Assembly (NCBI RefSeq): GCF_004010195.1
Contig: NC_057717.1
Location: forward strand, 102,650,572 to 102,674,888
DNA from: Chiloscyllium plagiosum
Taxonomy: Eukaryota
Direction of reading: 5' to 3'
DNA length: 24,317 nucleotides
Shown here: positions 18,826-24,317 of the stretch, one piece after another
How positions within the stretch are numbered: position 1 is the stretch's first letter
Layout: every line of letters starts with the position of its first letter
The notes under the pieces: generated by a model
The model's database searches: none
The model's input: only the letters and a program-made list of their open reading frames with translations
What the model was told of the DNA's origin: nothing
Position numbers and translations under genes: made by a program

Positions 18826-19402
18826 TTATTTATCCATTTATGGGATGAGGATGTCTCTGGCTCGGCCAGCGTTTATTGCCCCATCCCTAATTGCCCAGAG
18901 GGCAGTTAAGGGTCAACCACATGGCTGTGGGTCTGGAGTCACATGTAGGCCGGACCAGGTAAGGATGGCAGATTTCCTTCTCTGAAGGGCATTAGTGAAC
19001 CTGATGGGATTTTCCCAACAATTGACAATGGATTCATAGTCATCATCAGATTTTTAATTCTAGATATTTTTAATTGAATTCAAATTCCGGGCATCTGCCG
19101 TGGTGGGATTTGAACCCAGGTCCCCAGAACATGACCTGAATCTCTGAATTAACAGTCCAACAACAAGTGTTGAGAGTGTGGTGCTGGAAAAGCACAGAAG
19201 GTCAGCAGCATCCGAGGAGCAGGAGAATTCCTCACCTCATTCCTGATGAAGAGCCAATGCCCGAAACATCAATTTTCCTGACCTGCTGTGCTTTTCCAGC
19301 ACCATGCTCTCGACTCTGATCTGCAGCATCTGCAGACCTCACTATCTCCTCGTTGATTTCAACCAGTCCAGCGATAATACCCCCAGAACATTGCCTCCCC
19401 CT
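18826..19402 (-). mobile_element. tRNA-derived SINE family B, split near its head by a P1 element
   Basis: gtttattgccccatccctaattgcccagagggcagttaagggtcaaccaca...gggatttgaacccagg (antisense B box); the head resumes at ~19356-19402. Confidence 0.85.
19167..19350. mobile_element. Palindromic PLE terminal-repeat element (family P1) with hammerhead motif at 19243-19270
   Basis: Arms gagagtgtggtgctggaaaagcacagaaggtcag / ctgacctgctgtgcttttccagcaccatgctctc; + strand CUGAUGA-AGAGCCAAUGCCC-GAAAC-AUC. Confidence 0.82.
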
Positions 19403-19414
19403 GGTCGTTTACAC

Positions 19415-19530
19415 GCAGCTAGTTGTGGGAGCTGCAAACTGCCAGTTGTGATCGCTATTTAAAAATAGCGACGACACTTCAAAAGTACTTGGTTTCTGCC
19501 GCAGTGCTTTGAGACTCGCTAGAGTTTTGA
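19415..19530 (+). mobile_element. Old DeuSINE (SacSINE1-like) 3' remnant
   Basis: GCGACGACACTTCAAAAGTACTT...GTGCTTTGAGAC resembles the recalled Deu-SINE 3' region GTGACTACACTTCAAAAGTACTT...GCGCTTTGGGAC. Confidence 0.45.
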
Positions 19531-19940
19531 CCAACTCCAATGCGCTGCCAGCCTCCCTTGCTCATCAGCCTGATCTTCAGTCAGCTCCTGGTGTTACCGG
19601 TGCTTGAATTGTGACAGTGGCATCAGTGATTTAGTGCATGTGTTAATGATTCAGATGCTGGGGCAACCAAGCCACCCCTTCGCATACTTGCAGCAGTGCA
19701 GATAGAAGCTTAAAATAACAAAGAGGCAGTGATAGACTGGATCAATGGGCCAAGCTGAACAAACAAGTGAACAGAATGGAGCAAAATACTCTCGGGAGGT
19801 GAAAAACCTCAAAACATTGGAAATTCAGATTGACTTGGGGAGCGGGAAGGAAATGATGCAAGTCTGGTGATCACAAGGGTGTCTGAAGTCACGTTTGGCC
19901 TCAGCACCCAAGCTGACATTCCCACGTGAATGCTGTCAAA

Positions 19941-20240
19941 ACACGGTGACTCAGTGGTTAGCACTACTGCCTCACACCTGCTGTGCTTTTCCACTACTAC
20001 AGCGCTAGGGATCTGGGTTCGATTCCCACCTCGAGTGACTGTCTGTGTGGAGTTTGCACATTCTCCCCGTGTCTGTGTGGGTTTCCTCCCACAGTCACAA
20101 AGATGTGCAGGTTAGGTGAGTTGGCCAAGGGCAATACAGGGTTAAAGTGATCGTGTTGGGGTCTGGGTATGAGTGGGATGGTCTTGGGACGGGTCACTGT
20201 GGGTCAAATAGCCTGTGTCTGTACGGTAGGGATTCTATGA
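19941..20240 (+). mobile_element. HE1-like V-SINE with a small P1-derived insert in its tRNA head
   Basis: CACGGTGACTCAGTGGTTAGCACTACTGCCTCACA-[CCTGCTGTGCTTTTCCA]-CTACTACAGCGCTAGGG; V-domain; tail GTAGGGATTCTATGA. Confidence 0.88.
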
Positions 20241-20640
20241 CCATGGCAGCAAGTTAGAGCCAGTTTCTGGTTTGGTGGTAGGGGGTGTATAATATCAGGT
20301 TGATTATGATTTTGAAAGTTTTTCATTGAAGAGTTCAGGTTAGGGGAGATGTCTGGAGCAGATTAGCTCTTTGCAAAGCACTCTCGCAGACACCAGAGCC
20401 TTGAGAAAGTGTAGGCCCAGATGTAACCTGAGGCTGATTGAAGTTCCTCATGTCCCCAACGGAGCCTGAGTTTGTTTGCATCCGCATTAACCTCTGCGCT
20501 CCAGGGAATTTGAGGAATTCTCGGCGAGGCCGTTCTCTGTGGATTCTCCCGAGCGAAGGGTCAGACTCATTCTCAGCTGTAATAGGGTGAGACTACAATG
20601 AAAGGAAGGGGGATGGTGGTGGTGGGGGGGGGAGTGGGGA

Positions 20641-20758
20641 NNNNNNNNNNNNNNNNNNNNNNNNNNNNNNNNNNNNNNNNNNNNNNNNNNNNNNNNNNNN
20701 NNNNNNNNNNNNNNNNNNNNNNNNNNNNNNNNNNNNNNNNNNNNNNNNNNNNNNNNNN
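20641..20758. other. Assembly gap (118 N)
   Basis: Run of N. Confidence 0.99.
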
Positions 20759-21609
20759 CCCCACCCCCACCCCCCACTCCAGGGCAGTCAGTCCAGGAGA
20801 CCCCTCTGCCTGGCAGCTTACTGATGAACTAAAAATGGCTATTCTGTAAAATCAGATTGCAGAAAGCAGTCCTTGGCCCAGTAACCTATCTGAAAGGATT
20901 TCCTTTGCCATGTTTGAGCACCTTTTGTAACAGGGAAGCCTTTACAAGCTCTTTCATTCCGTTCCGCAGTGTAGATAGGCTGTGCTGGAGATAGCTGACG
21001 AGATTCAGAGATATTATCAGGAAGCACTGTGCAGTCTGTAAGATTTCAATTGGCGATTTATCTTGTGTGCTGAAGAATGCTTTTTGTGCGAGTGAGTGAT
21101 TTGCTTTTGCTGTTTGTTTGGACTGGGGGAGAAAAAGCTCATATCTTTTCTCTTCGAGCAGCACTTGGCATTTACCTTAGCCTTCCTTTCTCTTTCATTT
21201 TAAATAAAGCTCTGGGATCCCCGGAGCCCTGGAGAATATTGCTTCATTAAAACCGAGGCACATGGCTGTAGGTGGTGCAGGAAAACTGGTGTTAAAACGC
21301 TGGAAAATGTTCACTGGGCTCTGTAGGGAGAGAAGCAGGATAACTGGGTGCAATCTGTTCAGTCGCCGGGGGCGACCACAGGGTGGGGAGGTTTCTGGGA
21401 GGGTCCATACTGCCCCTTTGAGGGAGGCAGAGTGGTTTGTTAGGGGTACGGGGGTTTCCTTTTCTGTGCAGTTTGGGTGATTAACAGATGAGGCCAGGTG
21501 AGTTGGGTACAAGGCTAAAGGGGTATTATCTCCCCTGCATCTGGTACTTTGTTCAGTTACTGACTGGCCACCCCCATCCCCCAAAAAAATCCCTGCCCAC
21601 CCCCATACA

Positions 21610-23230
21610 CCAGCACACGCCCACACACATAGACCCACAAAAAAAACCCATACACACACATGTGCACACACACACACTATCACACGTGTATGTGTGTGTG
21701 CGCGCATGCATGAGTGGGATAATGCGCGTGTGGATGAGTGAGAGACTGGGACTCACACACGCACTCTCTCACACACCTACAACCCACTCGTGTACATACA
21801 CACAATTCCACTTAATCTCTCTCTCTCACACATACACACACAATCCCACTCTCTCACTCACACACACACATGCGCGCGCACTCACACACACACACGCAAT
21901 CCCACTCTCTCTCTCACATACACACAATCCCACTCAATCTCACACACATGCACACAATCCTACTCAATCTCTCACACACACATACACAGAATCCCACTCT
22001 CTCTCTCACTCACACACACGCGCACGCATGCACACACACAATCCCACTCTCTCTCTCTCACGCGCACATACACAATCCCACACTCTCTCATACATACACA
22101 CAATCCCACTCAATCTCTCTCACACACACACAATCCCACTCTCTCACTCACACACACACATGCGCGCACACTCACACACACACACGCAATCCCACTCTCT
22201 CTCTCACATACACACAATCCCACTCAATCTCACACACATGCACACAATCCTACTCAATCTCTCACACACACATACACAGAATCCCACTCTCTCTCTCACT
22301 CACACACACGCGCACGCATGCACACACACAATCCCACTCTCTCTCTCTCACGCGCACATACACAATCCCACACTCTCTCATACATACACACAATCCCACT
22401 CAATCTCTCTCACACACACACAATCCCACTCTCTCCCTCACNNNNNNNNNNNNNNNNNNNNNNNNNNNNNNNNNNNNNNNNNNNNNNNNNNNNNNNNNNN
22501 NNNNNNNNNNNNNNNNNNNNNNNNNNNNNNNNNNNNNNNNNNNNNNNNNNNNNNNNNNNNNNNNNNNNNNNNNNNNNNNNNNNNNNNNNNNNNNNNNNNN
22601 NNNNNNNNNNNNNNNNNNNNNNNNNNNNNNNNNNNNNNNACACAATCCCACTCAATCTCACACACACATACATACAATCCCACTCAATCTCACACACACA
22701 ACCCCACTCATGAGCACACACACACAATGCCACTCAATCTCTCACAAACCCGCACGCGCACACGCAATATCCTGCTCATGCGTGCACACACACACATACA
22801 CATGCGACACAATCCCACTCGCACACACACATATACACACACACATGCACATGTGACACAATCCCACTCGTACATACACATGCGACACAATCCCACTCGC
22901 ACACACACATATGCACACACACACAATCCCACTCGTGTGCACAGAGACACAAACACACACATGCACACAGACATGCAAATGCACACAGACACATGCATGC
23001 ACACACATACTGACACACTCACAAACACACACACAAACATGTGCACGCTCTCACATTCAGATGCTCACACATGAATACAACAACCTCACTCATGCACGTA
23101 TACACACGCGCATGCACACACACACGTATTTATGCACACACCCAAACACACACACATGTTCACATACACACAGGCACACAGACACACACTCACACATACT
23201 CATGGATACACACATACATACCCACCCACC
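21610..23230. repeat. (CA)-rich minisatellite built on CACAATCCCACTC monomers, with a 290-bp higher-order unit
   Basis: Units start at 21841, 22131 and 22421 (CAATCCCACTCTCTC...). The first two are almost identical; the third runs into the N gap. Confidence 0.93.
22442..22639. other. Assembly gap (198 N)
   Basis: Run of N. Confidence 0.99.
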
Positions 23231-23639
23231 ACCCTGCAATGATAGAAAGCTCTGTTGTCCACATTACAGCAGCAGCCAATACAGAGACTACCGTCCATCG
23301 AGTCTGTTACTGGCCCACGGGAGCAGAATGTCCCAGGCAGTATTCCTCATAGTCTCTCTCTCTTTCTCTCTCATGCTCAGTACTATCCAGCCTTGATGAA
23401 TACTCTTTGACAAGGTTGGATACTCGCCCAATTGCCCAGCACCAAGTTAACTGATGGTAGCCCTGTTTTCAGTGGCGTTTGTGTAAAGTGATCTGTTGAA
23501 CCATCTGTATTGCACTACTATTTGATGGACTAGCACTGTGATAATGACCAGATGCACAGTTTTCTCTGTGATGATGACATTAGAGTGAGAGATATTAAGC
23601 AGGGCCATGGCGAGAGCTCCCTCTGTCTCCTTCGGAATT

Positions 23640-23760
23640 CCACGGAGAAAGCTTGGTTTAGTGCCTCACCTGGAAGACTGCAGCATTGCTCACCAGCTTC
23701 ACTTTCTGGTCTCTAGCCATTGGACTGGCTTCAGAGCTGAGTGTGCTGTACTGGACCATG
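23640..23760 (-). mobile_element. Old DeuSINE-like remnant
   Basis: GGTTTAGTGCCTCACCTGGAAGAC resembles the antisense Deu-domain GGTTTAACGTCTCATCTGAAAGAC; heavily diverged. Confidence 0.35.
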
Positions 23761-24049
23761 GCTGGTTAAAGCTCAAACCAGGCGGGACATTAAAATACAA
23801 GAGCACTGCAGCAGTATGATATTCAGAGCAGCAGGAAGGCAGCAGAGTAGTGTCTTCAATTCCCTATCGATGTCTATCCCCCCACCCGCCACTCAGTCTC
23901 CCTCTCTTGCTCTATCCCCCATTGCTTCCACTATCTGCATTCACACTCCCCCCACCTCCCCACCCTCTCCCTCACGTATTGTACCCCATACCCCACTATT
24001 CATGCTCCCTGTCCCTCACATGTCAACGCTTTCACCAGTAGCTACACAC

Positions 24050-24262
24050 ATGAGATCCAGAGGTTTTGTTTTCAGGCAGAGATTGTGAATCTTAGGAATT
24101 TCAGGGCTGTGGGTGTTCAGGATATACAAGTTAGAGTTGGATAGGTGTTTGGTTATCAATGGCATGAATGGCATGGGGATAAAATGATTTGATTTGGGAA
24201 ATCAACTGTGGTCAGCATCAGGCTCAACAGGCTGAATGGCCTACTCTTGTTCATGTGTTCCT
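24050..24262 (+). mobile_element. Old CR1 LINE 3' end
   Basis: GATTGTGAATCTTAGGAATT...GAGTTGGATAGGTGTTTG...GGCTCAACAGGCTGAATGGCCTACTCTTGTTC is a typical fish/shark CR1 terminus. Confidence 0.7.
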
Positions 24263-24317
24263 CTTCACACTCGTTCCATCACACAGCAAAACCCCCTTCT
24301 CCAACATATCCCCTCCA

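Noticed and set aside
21488..23396. 528-aa and other His/Thr-rich ORFs
   Set aside because: Translation of the CA-rich satellite, spanning an N gap.

Overview
Vertebrate genomic DNA, almost certainly from a shark, judging by the abundant HE1-type V-SINEs and HER1/CR1 LINEs. The window holds two + strand coding exons (378-591, 214 bp; 2752-2914, 163 bp) of the N-terminal TSPN/laminin-G domain of a clade-B fibrillar collagen (type V/XI, best guess COL5A3). They are followed by more than 21 kb of intron in which I found no further exon. The intron is densely packed with retroelements: 7 HE1-like SINEs, 5 CR1 3' fragments, a second LINE with its partner SINE, and several Penelope-like (PLE) pieces. 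The most notable structure is a set of short (~100-240 bp) PLE terminal-repeat units from three families. Each carries a minimal hammerhead-ribozyme motif (CUGANGA...GAAAC-GUH), occurs as a solo unit or a head-to-head palindrome, and several have clean 7-17 bp target-site duplications. They are nested inside one another and inside SINE tRNA heads. One family is the 3' end of a 1.7-kb Neptune-type PLE (RT + Cys linker + GIY-YIG) in this window. There are also two simple-sequence-derived minisatellites (86-bp and 290-bp units) and three N gaps. Most ORFs in the supplied track are repeat artefacts. Repeat boundaries not anchored by a TSD are approximate.
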